DNA of 64,000 nt from a virus (IMGVR_UViG_3300030372_002896:1129-65128); one strand, 5' to 3'. Shown: positions 30,774 through 40,788, counted from the stretch's first letter. The notes: a model not told the origin generated them from the letters alone. A program made the numbers and translations.

Positions 30774-31790
30774 TCAGTATCTTTTAAGATTTCTTCGCAT
30801 TGAACGTCTAATCTTATTCTCTTCTTCTTCATCGTGGTCTTTTACATGGTCTGCTTCAACACGAGAGCCGCCGCGCCATTGACGGCAAGACCAGTAACGA
30901 GGCGTTGTCTTATCTGTTGCTGTGGAACAATTGTGTCGGTCACGGAACGCCTTGCGTCGCTTTGGGTCATCACGCTTGATTTCCATGTTAGGGTCGCCAA
31001 ACCTGACAATAATAACACGACCAGCACTATTTCGCACATACACACCAAACTTCTTTTTCTGATTAGGTGTTCGGAATGGTTTGTTAAGAGTTACTGAACG
31101 ACCTTGATATTCTGCTGCGGTAGCAGAAATACCCCAATCTTCATACATTTCCATGTCGTTTGCTCGCGGGTGCGACTTAGGAAGAAGGTCGTTGTCCTGT
31201 TTGTAGTTAGGATTGCTTGGTCGTCCGCGACGAACCAGATATAGGAATGCGCGAACTCGTGCAAATGCCCATCCACCACGACTCATGTTAGGTGCGTGAG
31301 ATGTGCTGAATGCCCCTGCTCCGCGACGATATACAGCCTTGAGCATACCAAGAGTTACCTTACGCTCATTCTTAGCGTTGTGCTTAGTCACCATTTCTCT
31401 AAGAGTAGATTCGGTTTGCTTGCTAAATGTAATCTTGCCACCTTTACCCTTAGCAGAGCCGGGTGGATTACGCTTGCTGCCTTTGCGCCGTTCGCTTGGC
31501 TTGGCTGGTGTTTTGCGTGGGTCATTACGACCCGGACGACCGTGCTGACCGCCGTGTTTGGCAGTAGCATCTTCACCCATACACTTACCTTCTTCGGAAC
31601 ACTTGTCCTCAGAAGAACATGAATCACACAACTCCATGTTTGTTTGGGACGCACTGGATGATTTATCAGCATAACTAATGCAAACCGCATACCGTTGTTT
31701 TGTGTTGCCAAACTCATCAAGCATTTTTGAGTCGGACATACATCGAGTAAGGAACTTATCTCTTGGTTCGTCTGCTCCGCGTGTTGGCAT
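30774..31790 (-). CDS. Basic mosaic head-module protein
   Basis: Modules RDKFLTRCMSD...QRYAVC, LKAVYRRGAGAF...WAFARV and FGDPNMEIKRDDPKRRKAFRDRHNC...YWSC, which I recognise from marine phage head regions. Confidence 0.7.
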   Translation of the reverse strand: MPTRGADEPRDKFLTRCMSDSKMLDEFGNTKQRYAVCISYADKSSSASQTNMELCDSCSSEDKCSEEGKCMGEDATAKHGGQHGRPGRNDPRKTPAKPSERRKGSKRNPPGSAKGKGGKITFSKQTESTLREMVTKHNAKNERKVTLGMLKAVYRRGAGAFSTSHAPNMSRGGWAFARVRAFLYLVRRGRPSNPNYKQDNDLLPKSHPRANDMEMYEDWGISATAAEYQGRSVTLNKPFRTPNQKKKFGVYVRNSAGRVIIVRFGDPNMEIKRDDPKRRKAFRDRHNCSTATDKTTPRYWSCRQWRGGSRVEADHVKDHDEEEENKIRRSMRRNLKRY

Positions 31791-31794
31791 GTAA

Positions 31795-32229
31795 TCACCT
31801 GTAAATAAAAATTGGTAACTTTACCAAATGCTCGTATATTTCTTTGCTCATAATGTCTGCGACATCTTCGTAGCAAGTAACTTTGACACCACCTTGCTTC
31901 TCAACCTGAGCAAATAGTATTTCTGGATTAGTCCCGTTGATTGGATTGACAAGTGTAACCTTTGGTTTTTCAGGAAGACAGCGGTTCCGGTGTGAAAGTA
32001 ATTCACCATACACGCCTTGTCCTCTTGCGATAGGATGAATAAATGTATTACCTACGAAGTAAAAACCACCCATGTCCCTATATGATGTATAGCCAAGCAC
32101 TTCTTCGTGACTAACTCTTACGAAATAGGTGAGCGGCGCAACGATTTCAGGATAGCCTTTTTCCTCAGCCGTTACAAAGTTGTCAGTGGTAGAACTAATT
32201 TGCTTTTCGCTCATAACTTTGAACTTCAT
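31795..32229 (-). CDS. GNAT-like acetyltransferase
   Basis: TFIHPIARGQGVYGELL (acetyl-CoA motif A); ATG 32229 overlaps the upstream stop. Confidence 0.6.
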   Translation of the reverse strand: MKFKVMSEKQISSTTDNFVTAEEKGYPEIVAPLTYFVRVSHEEVLGYTSYRDMGGFYFVGNTFIHPIARGQGVYGELLSHRNRCLPEKPKVTLVNPINGTNPEILFAQVEKQGGVKVTCYEDVADIMSKEIYEHLVKLPIFIYR

Positions 32230-33797
32230 GGGGATAACTCCCTGTTCAACCACTTGCGCTCCATCATTTGCTGCTCTCCGTCTGCATCTTCCCATATAGC
32301 ATACCAATAGAAATCATAATGAGTAGAGTTACCATCAGTAAAGTTACTTAGACGAAGCATCTGAGGGTCATCTGCATAACCCTGAACATAATGTAAAGAA
32401 GTGTTGTATTGGATGGGAGGATTAGTCCCATTACTTGAGTTCACAGAATATACGAGGAACTGCACAGATACGTTGTAACCATCTAAGTCATTAGGCTCTG
32501 TGCCGCAATCAAGGTCGTAGAATACAACAGCAGATGTGTTGTTAGTGCCTATGTTGATACCATATAGGTTAATCTCGCAAGGTTGTTCTTCTACTTCGAT
32601 AGACCACATCCAAATCCGCTCAATTTCTTCGTCATCAATCATTGCTGTGATACGGGGAACCCATACACCCACGGCAACGTCATCAAAAGTATGGGAAACA
32701 TCAGTAGGTTCATCGCCAGATACAGTTACATAATGATGGTAGTCAACCTCATCGTCTTCACCCGGAGGGTGCATGTCAACATCAATTTCGATTGTTTCGC
32801 CTTCGCAATCGGTTGGAACCACACGGAAGGCTACTAAGATAGCATCTTGCTCTGCATCTTCGGCTACATGGCCTCGGTAGTGATTGGTGATTTCAACCTC
32901 ACACTCTGGCTCAGGGTCATATTCGCATGACTCGTCGTCTTCGGTTGCTTCTGGATTGTAGTTATTGGCAGAGTCATCTGTGCAGCCATACACGGGTTCA
33001 GGTGGATATTCGCAAGACCCGTCGTCTTCTGTGGCCTCACTGTCGTAGTTATCTGCCTCTGAGTCCATACAACCATATACTGGTTCAGGAGGATATGTGC
33101 ATGAGCCATCGTCTTGCTGCGCGTCATCATCATAATTTTCCGCTTCGGGGTCAGTGCATCCGGGTCGAGGTGGTGGAGGTAACGGTTCACATGACCCATC
33201 ATCAACGGTGGCATCAGGGTCATAATTAGGAGCGGCATCGTTTGTGCAACCATACACAGGATATTCACAAGACCCATCATCTAGTGTAGCGTATTCGTCG
33301 TAATTATCTGCCTCCCAATTTGTGCAGCCCCACACTTCCGGTGAGATGTAAGGGTCTTCGTAGTATTCGTCATCGTCACCAACAAAGTCAGTCACACCAA
33401 ACATTTCAAGGGAGCCGCCGCCACCAATCAATAGGAAAACGGGGGCTATAAGAATAATAATTTTCTTGATGTTTTCGGCCTTACGCTGGACAGATTCGAT
33501 GGCCCTGTCTACAATATCGCCTTCAAGCGTGGTTTCGATGGCAACTTCTGTCTTGTTGTCCCCACCATTTAAGACCTTGTTATCGGATACTTCTTTGTTG
33601 ATGGCTTGGACTGTGTTGATAAGTTCTGCTGCTTCTTTTAGTTCAGATACAAGGTCACGCTTTTCTTTGTTGGATTCATTGAGAACACCATCATCCATGA
33701 GGTCTGCAAGAACATCTTCTTCGCTACGACCTGTGGCTTCTGCGAGTGTTTTGGCTTTACGAACTAACATATCGAAGTCATCAGGTTGGTCACTCAT
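32226..33797 (-). CDS. Membrane-anchored protein with five GCT...DDGSC repeats
   Basis: One hydrophobic segment (IIILIAPVFLLIGG), then 5 copies of GC(T/M)xxxAxNYxxxAxxDDxSC. Confidence 0.8.
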   Translation of the reverse strand: MSDQPDDFDMLVRKAKTLAEATGRSEEDVLADLMDDGVLNESNKEKRDLVSELKEAAELINTVQAINKEVSDNKVLNGGDNKTEVAIETTLEGDIVDRAIESVQRKAENIKKIIILIAPVFLLIGGGGSLEMFGVTDFVGDDDEYYEDPYISPEVWGCTNWEADNYDEYATLDDGSCEYPVYGCTNDAAPNYDPDATVDDGSCEPLPPPPRPGCTDPEAENYDDDAQQDDGSCTYPPEPVYGCMDSEADNYDSEATEDDGSCEYPPEPVYGCTDDSANNYNPEATEDDESCEYDPEPECEVEITNHYRGHVAEDAEQDAILVAFRVVPTDCEGETIEIDVDMHPPGEDDEVDYHHYVTVSGDEPTDVSHTFDDVAVGVWVPRITAMIDDEEIERIWMWSIEVEEQPCEINLYGINIGTNNTSAVVFYDLDCGTEPNDLDGYNVSVQFLVYSVNSSNGTNPPIQYNTSLHYVQGYADDPQMLRLSNFTDGNSTHYDFYWYAIWEDADGEQQMMERKWLNRELSP

Positions 33798-34140
33798 CGC
33801 CCCCACCCCACGGCTTCTCCATTCTCTTCTCCATCTCCATTTGATGTTCATGTTCAGCGGCCTCTCTATCTCGCTCGTGTTGTGAATCTGTTGGGATTTC
33901 GTCGCCTTCCTTTGATTGCTCTTGTTCCCACATGCGTAATAGTGTGTTGAAGGCAGGAGCCGCTACGCCACCAATAATTGCGATTAGGGCAATGAAGCCG
34001 TCCAAATTAGTGAGAACCACATCAGGAGCATAAATACCCATACCGACGACCGCTCCGGCGGCAAGCATCCACAGATAAATGACGGGAAGAACCGTCCGCG
34101 AAACCATACGGTCATTAAACGACTTACCTTCCTTCACCAT
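33790..34140 (-). CDS. Two-TM membrane protein (holin-like candidate)
   Basis: Two hydrophobic helices and a charged C-terminus. Confidence 0.6.
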   Translation of the reverse strand: MVKEGKSFNDRMVSRTVLPVIYLWMLAAGAVVGMGIYAPDVVLTNLDGFIALIAIIGGVAAPAFNTLLRMWEQEQSKEGDEIPTDSQHERDREAAEHEHQMEMEKRMEKPWGGGDE

Positions 34141-35533
34141 CTTGTCTCATCTCCGAAGCCCCCGGCTGTGAATCCTCACGGGGCAACTCACCCATTGGTT
34201 GAGTGTTGTTTGAACCTTCCTTACGTGTGTTACCGGGTCGTCCTGCTACTGGTAGATTCACCATGTCAAGAGCCTGATTTAGTGTAATGATGCCAGCGTT
34301 ATAACCAAGAACAGCGCGTTGCATCATAGCAAGAGGCGATTCTTCGTTCATTGCCTCAAAGCGAATAGGGGGTATATCTTTCTTTGAGTGTTCAATACCT
34401 TTCAGTGTAAGGTGCATTGAAAAAAGTTCATGAACTGCCTCGCCAAGAATCTTTTGGAGGCGGCTAATTGCTTGCACGGCCCATAAGTTAGCGTTGTAGG
34501 TGGCTGCGAAGGTGCTACCCTGCTCTTGACCCGCAGCAACACGAGGGACTTGTAGCACAGCGGCAATGTCAGCGTTAATACTGTCAAGAAACTGTGACGA
34601 TTGTGGGATTGCGTTTTGTAAATCAACGTGGTGTAGTTGCACGTAGTGGGGTAGGACGGGGATTTGGTCGCCTCGCAGTCCATCGAAAAGTTTGATGACC
34701 TCGTCTATGATGTATTGTAGCCGCTGTTTTTGCTCGTTAGGGTCTTGGATGTGTTCGATAGCAGATTTGTCAATAGTAATATACTGCTTGGTCATCGCAT
34801 CTTCAAGGCTAACGCGGTTGTTAATTGTGTTATACTTTGCGCGTATAGGTTGTTTTAGCGAGGTAAAGCGGGAAGCACCCCACACGCCGTAGGTGCGGCG
34901 ACCTTTGTTGTCGGTGAACCAGTTAGACCGGTAGTCAATCCTGATGTGTAGCATTTCGTCAGCAGGGAACGCCTGTTCATACATTGTGCCTTCGCGTAGC
35001 ATGTATGTGATTGCGCGTGAGATAGGCGTATCTTCGTCTGCTACAAAGTAAGAGCCAAGACCGCCACGCTCGTCAACAATTGTGATTTGCTTGACGGGAA
35101 CGCTTTGCACTCCTGTTATACCTACACCAGCCCGTCCAACAATTTTGTTGATGTCATTTCCATATACCATAAGTGAGCGCATAGCATTGATGAGAAAGTC
35201 ATCAAACTCAATAGAGTCCATTAGTTCTTGGACAGCATTTCGTATTGTAGTATTCTTCCCGCGTGAGAAATCCACTTCGTAATTGTTTGCTGTAAGCGAA
35301 ACTGCGCGGACTGCGCCGTTGAGTTCTGGGTCTAACTTAATCATTTTGTCGTAAAGGTCAAACTCATTGTCAAAGTTGCTGTCTTTCTGCAAGACCTCGG
35401 TGTCGCGCATGATGTCAGGAATACCAGCAGCAACACGCAGGGGCGTGTTAGTAGAGATGCGCTCTTGTGGTTTTTCTTCTGCCTCGACGTTTCTTCGTCG
35501 GAAGAATGAAAATCGACGCTGACGCTCTGCCAT
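34124..35533 (-). CDS. Portal protein
   Basis: 469 aa, first large gene of the head operon; DEMLHIR, YGVWGASRF, IAAVLQVP and GIITLNQA patterns. Confidence 0.85.
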   Translation of the reverse strand: MAERQRRFSFFRRRNVEAEEKPQERISTNTPLRVAAGIPDIMRDTEVLQKDSNFDNEFDLYDKMIKLDPELNGAVRAVSLTANNYEVDFSRGKNTTIRNAVQELMDSIEFDDFLINAMRSLMVYGNDINKIVGRAGVGITGVQSVPVKQITIVDERGGLGSYFVADEDTPISRAITYMLREGTMYEQAFPADEMLHIRIDYRSNWFTDNKGRRTYGVWGASRFTSLKQPIRAKYNTINNRVSLEDAMTKQYITIDKSAIEHIQDPNEQKQRLQYIIDEVIKLFDGLRGDQIPVLPHYVQLHHVDLQNAIPQSSQFLDSINADIAAVLQVPRVAAGQEQGSTFAATYNANLWAVQAISRLQKILGEAVHELFSMHLTLKGIEHSKKDIPPIRFEAMNEESPLAMMQRAVLGYNAGIITLNQALDMVNLPVAGRPGNTRKEGSNNTQPMGELPREDSQPGASEMRQDGEGR

Positions 35534-35558
35534 GAAAGGCTACTGTTGCCGGTGGTTC

Positions 35559-35843
35559 TTAAATCATTGTGATAGATTGTAGAAAAATTAGCAAAATTGC
35601 CAATAATCCACCACTTTTTGCCACTTTTTTGTTGATTGCACGGTCTACGGAGTAAAGTGGGCCGTTTTTGATTTCCCGTATGTCCTTTTGCATCTCGTCA
35701 ACTTTGGTTTCGACCGACAAAAGACGGGCCGAGTTGTCGTAAATCGGCTTAAAATGAGTGCGGAACTCATTGAATACGCGGGACTGTTCGTCCAGCCTCC
35801 CTTGAATGAGGTATAGGCGGTTCAAGATTTCTCTATCGTCCAT
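35559..35843 (-). CDS. Coiled-coil protein with C-terminal TM helix
   Basis: RLLSVETKVDEMQKDIREIK coiled coil and GGLLAILLIFLQ. Confidence 0.65.
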   Translation of the reverse strand: MDDREILNRLYLIQGRLDEQSRVFNEFRTHFKPIYDNSARLLSVETKVDEMQKDIREIKNGPLYSVDRAINKKVAKSGGLLAILLIFLQSITMI

Positions 35844-36139
35844 TAGTCCGCACAGGGTTCGCGCGTTGTATGAACATTCGCCATAGTTATTTCTTTTTCT
35901 TAGTTATGTTTTTGTCAGAAAAAATCAATGGGTTTCAGTAATGCGATTTGTTTAATTGTTTTTTTTGTTCAAAGATGTTTTAGATTATTAGGAAAAACCT
36001 TAATACATTAATGAAGTAAAAAAATAATAAGCAATTTTGCGATTCAGTAGTGCGTTTAATTCTTTTTGGGGCTGCAAATACAATAAAATCAAATAACGTA
36101 ACGGGTCCATTTATAACCCAATCGGCATTTAGTAGGTTT
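35844..36139. promoter_or_regulatory. AT-rich divergent promoter region
   Basis: Long A/T runs; TTTATAA 23 nt before ATG 36140 (+) and TTCATAC about 22 nt before ATG 35843 (-). Confidence 0.6.
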
Positions 36140-37606
36140 ATGGCGGGAAATGAAACGGCGAGAGCGATGTATGTTGAAGCATTGATTCGCTCCCATGTAG
36201 AAAAAGGTTGGAGTAACTTAACTGAGTTTGCGAGATTTTTGTCCAGCGTTGATGATAAACAAGTAGCAGCAGAAAGTTGGCGAAAAAACATTCGTAATTG
36301 GTTGCTGAGAAATAAAATGGAGTTGCCTAACCCAAGTGACTTCAAAGACATAGAAGAAGATTGGTTGATGACTGAGCCTTATTATCATGATAAGCAGAAT
36401 GATAGATATATCACCAGCCTTAATTCTGGTTTAGTTGTTGTTGATGGTAATACACATAGGCTTATGCGCGAAACATATAGTGATTTCATGGGTAAGGGCT
36501 ACACTGTAAGTCAGATGGCGTTGAAGTTCAACTTTCCTCGCCAGTGGATTGCTGAGTATGTTCGGGTGCATGAGTGGAAACATGAAATGGACCCATTTAC
36601 AGACGGCGATATGCTTGCTCGTCCAATAGACGACTTGATTGAAGAGGTTATCGAAAAGCAACGTATGGCTTTCATGAAGAAGGCTGAGGCTAAGATGATG
36701 ACTCAAATGAAAAAGGATGCCGAGGCGTTTAACGAATTGGACTACTATCTTCTTAACGAGTTCCGCAATTTGTTGGCTAACGTAGACCACTCTAAGCGGT
36801 ATGAACCAATTGTGTTAGAGGCTGCTATGGCGGAGTATGTCGCAGTTATCTCCCCTACGGACTTCCACTGGGGTATGTATGGCTGGCAAGACGAAACAGG
36901 CGAGGCGTATGGCTTTGAAATTGCCAAAGAGAGGCTGGTTAGTAAGACCAAGAACTTGATTGGTCGTCTTCCGGGCCAACCTGAAAAGATTATTGTTCCT
37001 ACGGGTAGCGATTGGTTCCATGTCGATACTGATGCCGCTACTACTACACGCGGGACTCAGCAAGATGTGGCTGGCTCTCCCGGTCAGATTGTAATGAGTG
37101 GTTGCGAAATGGCTCGTGAACATATCGAAATGCTACGCGCTGTCGCTCCTGTGCAGGTTGTTTTCATGCCGGGTAATCACGACCGTATGACCAGTATAGC
37201 ACTTATGATGTATCTGAGTGCCGTGTATGAGAATGCCGAAGATGTAGAAGTGGTTATCAACGCTGGCACACGCCAGTATGTGGTGTGGCGCGAAAATCTA
37301 CTGGGCTTTACGCACGGCGATTCCATTAAACCAGCAAGGCTTCCTTCTCTTATGAGTCAGGAAAAGCGCAAGGAGTGGGGCATGTGTGAAAACCACGTTT
37401 GGTTCCACGGTCACTTGCATCACAGGTCTTTGGTCGAGAAGGACGGCGCGTTTGTTGTGCAGTTGCCATCTCTTTCAGGAACCGACAGGTATCACGCACG
37501 ACACGGGTATCGTTCACGCCCCGGCTTGTGCGCTCACATTATTGACTGCGAACAAGGATTAGTGGGTAGTTTGTATGCGCCGGTGATGGAAAATGGCGAA
37601 GAATAA
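36140..37606 (+). CDS. Calcineurin-like metallophosphoesterase with N-terminal extension
   Basis: TDFHWG, GSDWFH, PGNHD, FTHGD and GHLHH motifs. Confidence 0.85.
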   Translation: MAGNETARAMYVEALIRSHVEKGWSNLTEFARFLSSVDDKQVAAESWRKNIRNWLLRNKMELPNPSDFKDIEEDWLMTEPYYHDKQNDRYITSLNSGLVVVDGNTHRLMRETYSDFMGKGYTVSQMALKFNFPRQWIAEYVRVHEWKHEMDPFTDGDMLARPIDDLIEEVIEKQRMAFMKKAEAKMMTQMKKDAEAFNELDYYLLNEFRNLLANVDHSKRYEPIVLEAAMAEYVAVISPTDFHWGMYGWQDETGEAYGFEIAKERLVSKTKNLIGRLPGQPEKIIVPTGSDWFHVDTDAATTTRGTQQDVAGSPGQIVMSGCEMAREHIEMLRAVAPVQVVFMPGNHDRMTSIALMMYLSAVYENAEDVEVVINAGTRQYVVWRENLLGFTHGDSIKPARLPSLMSQEKRKEWGMCENHVWFHGHLHHRSLVEKDGAFVVQLPSLSGTDRYHARHGYRSRPGLCAHIIDCEQGLVGSLYAPVMENGEE

Positions 37607-37607
37607 G

Positions 37608-37727
37608 ATGCGAAAGTTGCGTAAGTGCAACGAGTGTGGTAAAGAAAAGATGTGCTGCGCTACTAAATGTATTGTTTATGTTGAAGGTGTTCGCACATAC
37701 TGTGGTTACATGCGGGTGGTAAGATGA
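37608..37727 (+). CDS. 39-aa Cys-rich microprotein
   Basis: MRKLRKCNECGKEKMCC...YCG. Not in the ORF track. Confidence 0.55.
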   Translation: MRKLRKCNECGKEKMCCATKCIVYVEGVRTYCGYMRVVR

Positions 37728-37846
37728 CTGAGTGGGAGGCTGCTATTTGTCATGCTTGCGGTTGGGCTACTAACCGTATGTTGAGAAGCAAGGCGTTAAA
37801 ACGTATATGTCCTTATTGTGGCAAAAAGGCTCTTGGTCCGAGGTGA
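37724..37846 (+). CDS. 40-aa zinc-ribbon microprotein
   Basis: ICHACG...ICPYCG; ATGA overlap. Not in the ORF track. Confidence 0.6.
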   Translation: MTEWEAAICHACGWATNRMLRSKALKRICPYCGKKALGPR

Positions 37847-37852
37847 TTTAGT

Positions 37853-39361
37853 GTGGTGGGTAATTCTGTTTTTGCGATGGCACGTAGCAAGGCAGACATT
37901 GAGTATTTTTACAAATGGCTCGGATATACATGGGGTAAGCATATTGGCGAGTGGATGGATTTATACGGTGAGCGCAAAGGTTCACAAGTTCATCGAGTTT
38001 GTGTCATTGCACCCCGTGACCATAGTAAGTCCACTACTCTTCGTGTGAAGTTGCTGCATCAATGTCTGTTTGAAAAGTGGCGAAACAAGCCATTTACTAT
38101 CTGGTTGTTTTCGGCCAGTAAGGACTTGGCAATTAGAAGGCTTGAAGAGATTCGTGAGGACTTAAAATGTCATCCTGAGTTGTCGCGGTATATTGACCCA
38201 CGGCGCGGTAACAAGTTAGAGTTGCGGTTGACAAACGGTGCGTGGATTCGTGCAACCAGTGTCGGGTCCGCTATTCGTGGTGAACACCCTGCGGCTATCG
38301 CTTTTGATGACGTTCTGGACGATATGGGCGACATGAACATGAATGTTGTCCGCGAATGGTTTCGTAAGAAGGTCACACCCATGCTCAGTCCCGGCACAAG
38401 CATCTATGTTGTTGGCACACCTATGAGTATGAATGATTTATACCACACAGAAATGCTCGAAAGCGAGGTCTGGAAGAGTGGTGTGTGGAGTGCCGTAGAA
38501 AACTGGGACCAATACAAAGAAGACCCTGAGAATAATTCACCACAAGAGTTGTGGCCTGAGTATAGACCTATTGATTTCCTAATGGAGCAGAAACAAGCGA
38601 TGGGTGAGTTGTCCTTTATTCAAGAGTATTTGTGTAGAGTAGTTGACGATGAGGCAGCAGTATATCCCCGTATGTTGATTCGTAAAAATCTAAACATGGA
38701 TGGAGTGATTGAGGCAGAGAAGTTACACGATGACTCACGGTATGTTATTGGGTTTGACCCATCTCATGGCTTGGGTAAGGACTATTCTGTGATTGCTGTG
38801 GTGCGTCAGGACTCTGAGGGATTTGTCCACTTGGTCAATTTGTGGCGTCGTAATGATTTCCCACCAGATAGACAGGCTGATGTGCTGATTGAGTTGCTTA
38901 AGGCGTATGGTAATCCACCCCTTGCTGCCGAAGATGTAGGTTTTCAGCAGATGTATGAAAGTTTGCTGGCGCAGAAGGGTGCAGTTGTAGATTATAAGAA
39001 AAGCCGGGTAAGTAATCGGACGTTAAAGCAGGGCTTGATGAATAGATTGCGGGTCTGGTTTGAGCGTGAAAAGTTGGTCTTTCCGTATGGCGACGACAGC
39101 ACACGACGACTGGTCGAGATTTTGCTGGCCGAGTTAGAAACCCATGCGTGGAGAGATGGACTGATTGTGGACTTGGGCAAACACAACGACGCAGTTATGG
39201 CGTTCGCACACGCCGTTGACCAGTTGCAGATTCCTAACAACCCAATGCCTGTGGTGATGGGCAGTTTGACGGGCGGCGAATGGATTGGCGGAAGTGTAGG
39301 TCAAACGCTGCCACGGCAGTATAGTGGCGGTGTCGGCGGAGTAGTCAGAAAAACGAGATAA
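37853..39361 (+). CDS. terL: Terminase large subunit
   Basis: APRDHSKST (Walker A), IAFDDVLD (Walker B), VVGTP, IGFDPS...KDYS and HNDAVMA nuclease motifs. Confidence 0.93.
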   Translation: MVGNSVFAMARSKADIEYFYKWLGYTWGKHIGEWMDLYGERKGSQVHRVCVIAPRDHSKSTTLRVKLLHQCLFEKWRNKPFTIWLFSASKDLAIRRLEEIREDLKCHPELSRYIDPRRGNKLELRLTNGAWIRATSVGSAIRGEHPAAIAFDDVLDDMGDMNMNVVREWFRKKVTPMLSPGTSIYVVGTPMSMNDLYHTEMLESEVWKSGVWSAVENWDQYKEDPENNSPQELWPEYRPIDFLMEQKQAMGELSFIQEYLCRVVDDEAAVYPRMLIRKNLNMDGVIEAEKLHDDSRYVIGFDPSHGLGKDYSVIAVVRQDSEGFVHLVNLWRRNDFPPDRQADVLIELLKAYGNPPLAAEDVGFQQMYESLLAQKGAVVDYKKSRVSNRTLKQGLMNRLRVWFEREKLVFPYGDDSTRRLVEILLAELETHAWRDGLIVDLGKHNDAVMAFAHAVDQLQIPNNPMPVVMGSLTGGEWIGGSVGQTLPRQYSGGVGGVVRKTR

Positions 39362-39485
39362 TATATAGTTGGTTTTGAATTTTTTTGTAAAAAAAATTGT
39401 GAGGTGCTGGGCTATGGTGGCGGCGAGATAATTTGTTATTTTTGGAGGCGCAGAGATACCAAATCCATAAAGAGTGCTTAGAATC

Positions 39486-39552
39486 GCTCTGAGGCCTATT
39501 CATAGGTGCGGTGGTAGGTCTGGACCTATTCATAGGTGAACGGCCTCTGAGC
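39486..39552. repeat. Symmetric element: two CCTATTCATAGGTG copies inside an 11-bp inverted repeat
   Basis: Direct repeats at 39495 and 39525; GCTCTGAGGCC (39486) and GGCCTCTGAGC (39542) are inverted with 1 mismatch. Confidence 0.75.
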
Positions 39553-39604
39553 GCAATCCTCACGCAAGGAAACGGTATTTCTGAGGTCGTGTCTGAGGGT
39601 AGAC

Positions 39605-39639
39605 AAAAAAAAGGTGGGGGGTGGCCGAAGCCACCCCCC
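39605..39639 (-). terminator. Hairpin plus T8 terminator
   Basis: Minus strand GGGGGGTGGC-TTCG-GCCACCCCCC then ACC-TTTTTTTT, just after the stop of the gene ending at 39652. Confidence 0.8.
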
Positions 39640-39651
39640 GGATTCAGGTTT

Positions 39652-40788
39652 TCAAAGTTTGATGGCTTTGAGTGCCTTCCTGTCTGCGGGTTTTGCGCCC
39701 GTGATGCCGTTCCAATCAGCGTTGATAATCGCATGACGGTGCTGCAACTGGTTGTGAGTGCGTATCATCTCGTTGCATTCTGGCACAGTCAACTTGCTGA
39801 GTTTCAACGCTTGCTTGTCCTTGATGTCACCATCTGAGGAGCATGGGACAGCAACCCAAACGAACCAGCGTGATTCATGGGTGTAGCCTTCATTCTGCGT
39901 CATGACGGTTGCCATGATGCGGTGGTGAAATCGGCCTGAGCCGAGGCCCAACTTTCGGGCCAATCGGCCCACGTTGTAGTTGGGGCGTGAACGGCTGTTG
40001 TCGTATGGGTTCTCCGCGATGATGTCGCCGCTGTCGTTGCTGTTTCCCTTGAGGGTGACGCTATTCATCGACCAATGCTTGTCATGGATGACAGGAATGC
40101 GAACCTTAGCCTCGTATCTGTCGGACTGCTCACCGATGCGTTCAGCGCGAACGGTGACATCACCACAGCCACGGCACTCGGGACCGAAATCTGAGGTCAC
40201 GTCGCCGTCGTTGTCCTTCCATGAGTTGCAGCGGTTACAGTAGAACCGAAGGCCATCGTGAACGCCGCCCTTGCTGTTCTTCTTGGCTTCGTCAGCGGTG
40301 CGCTTGCTGCGTGGGTTGTGACCACCAGCAGCGAACACGGCACGTATCCACTTCGGCCATACAGCAGCCCACTTCACGAGGTGCTTGACCTTACCAGATT
40401 GTAGGACGTTGATGGAGTAGCCAACACCCTTTGGATTTAGGGCATAGGTCCGAAGTGCAACGTCAATATCTGCGTTCTGCAATCGGGAACCAATCGGCTT
40501 CACCTTCTCGTGTCCAATGAGGGACGCAGGGAGGAAGCCCCATGAGTGCGGGGCTGTGTTTATCTCCATGATGTCCCACATGTGGGCCAGCGACTCACGG
40601 ATTGCATGCGCGCTCCGTGCGGTCTTTCGTCGGTCGTCGTAGCGAGTGAGGGCCGGGACTCCGGCCGCCTTTACTACGCTCTGAATGAAGCCAAAGGATA
40701 GGCTCCATACAACCGCGACAAGGGCCGTCAAGCGGCTCGCTGTCTGCGGGTTTTCGTTCTCAAGTTGTGTTTCAATGTCGTATGACAT
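39652..40788 (-). CDS. Hypothetical protein with central zinc ribbon
   Basis: CNRC...CRGC; ATG 40788 lies 22 nt after a TATA-like box (leaderless), so preferred over the track's start at 40905. Confidence 0.7.
   Translation of the reverse strand: MSYDIETQLENENPQTASRLTALVAVVWSLSFGFIQSVVKAAGVPALTRYDDRRKTARSAHAIRESLAHMWDIMEINTAPHSWGFLPASLIGHEKVKPIGSRLQNADIDVALRTYALNPKGVGYSINVLQSGKVKHLVKWAAVWPKWIRAVFAAGGHNPRSKRTADEAKKNSKGGVHDGLRFYCNRCNSWKDNDGDVTSDFGPECRGCGDVTVRAERIGEQSDRYEAKVRIPVIHDKHWSMNSVTLKGNSNDSGDIIAENPYDNSRSRPNYNVGRLARKLGLGSGRFHHRIMATVMTQNEGYTHESRWFVWVAVPCSSDGDIKDKQALKLSKLTVPECNEMIRTHNQLQHRHAIINADWNGITGAKPADRKALKAIKL

Noticed and set aside
145-39837. Numerous antisense and nested ORFs overlapping the long replication and structural genes
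   Set aside because: They are shadows of biased codon usage on the opposite strand or frame, with no SD, promoter or recognisable motif.
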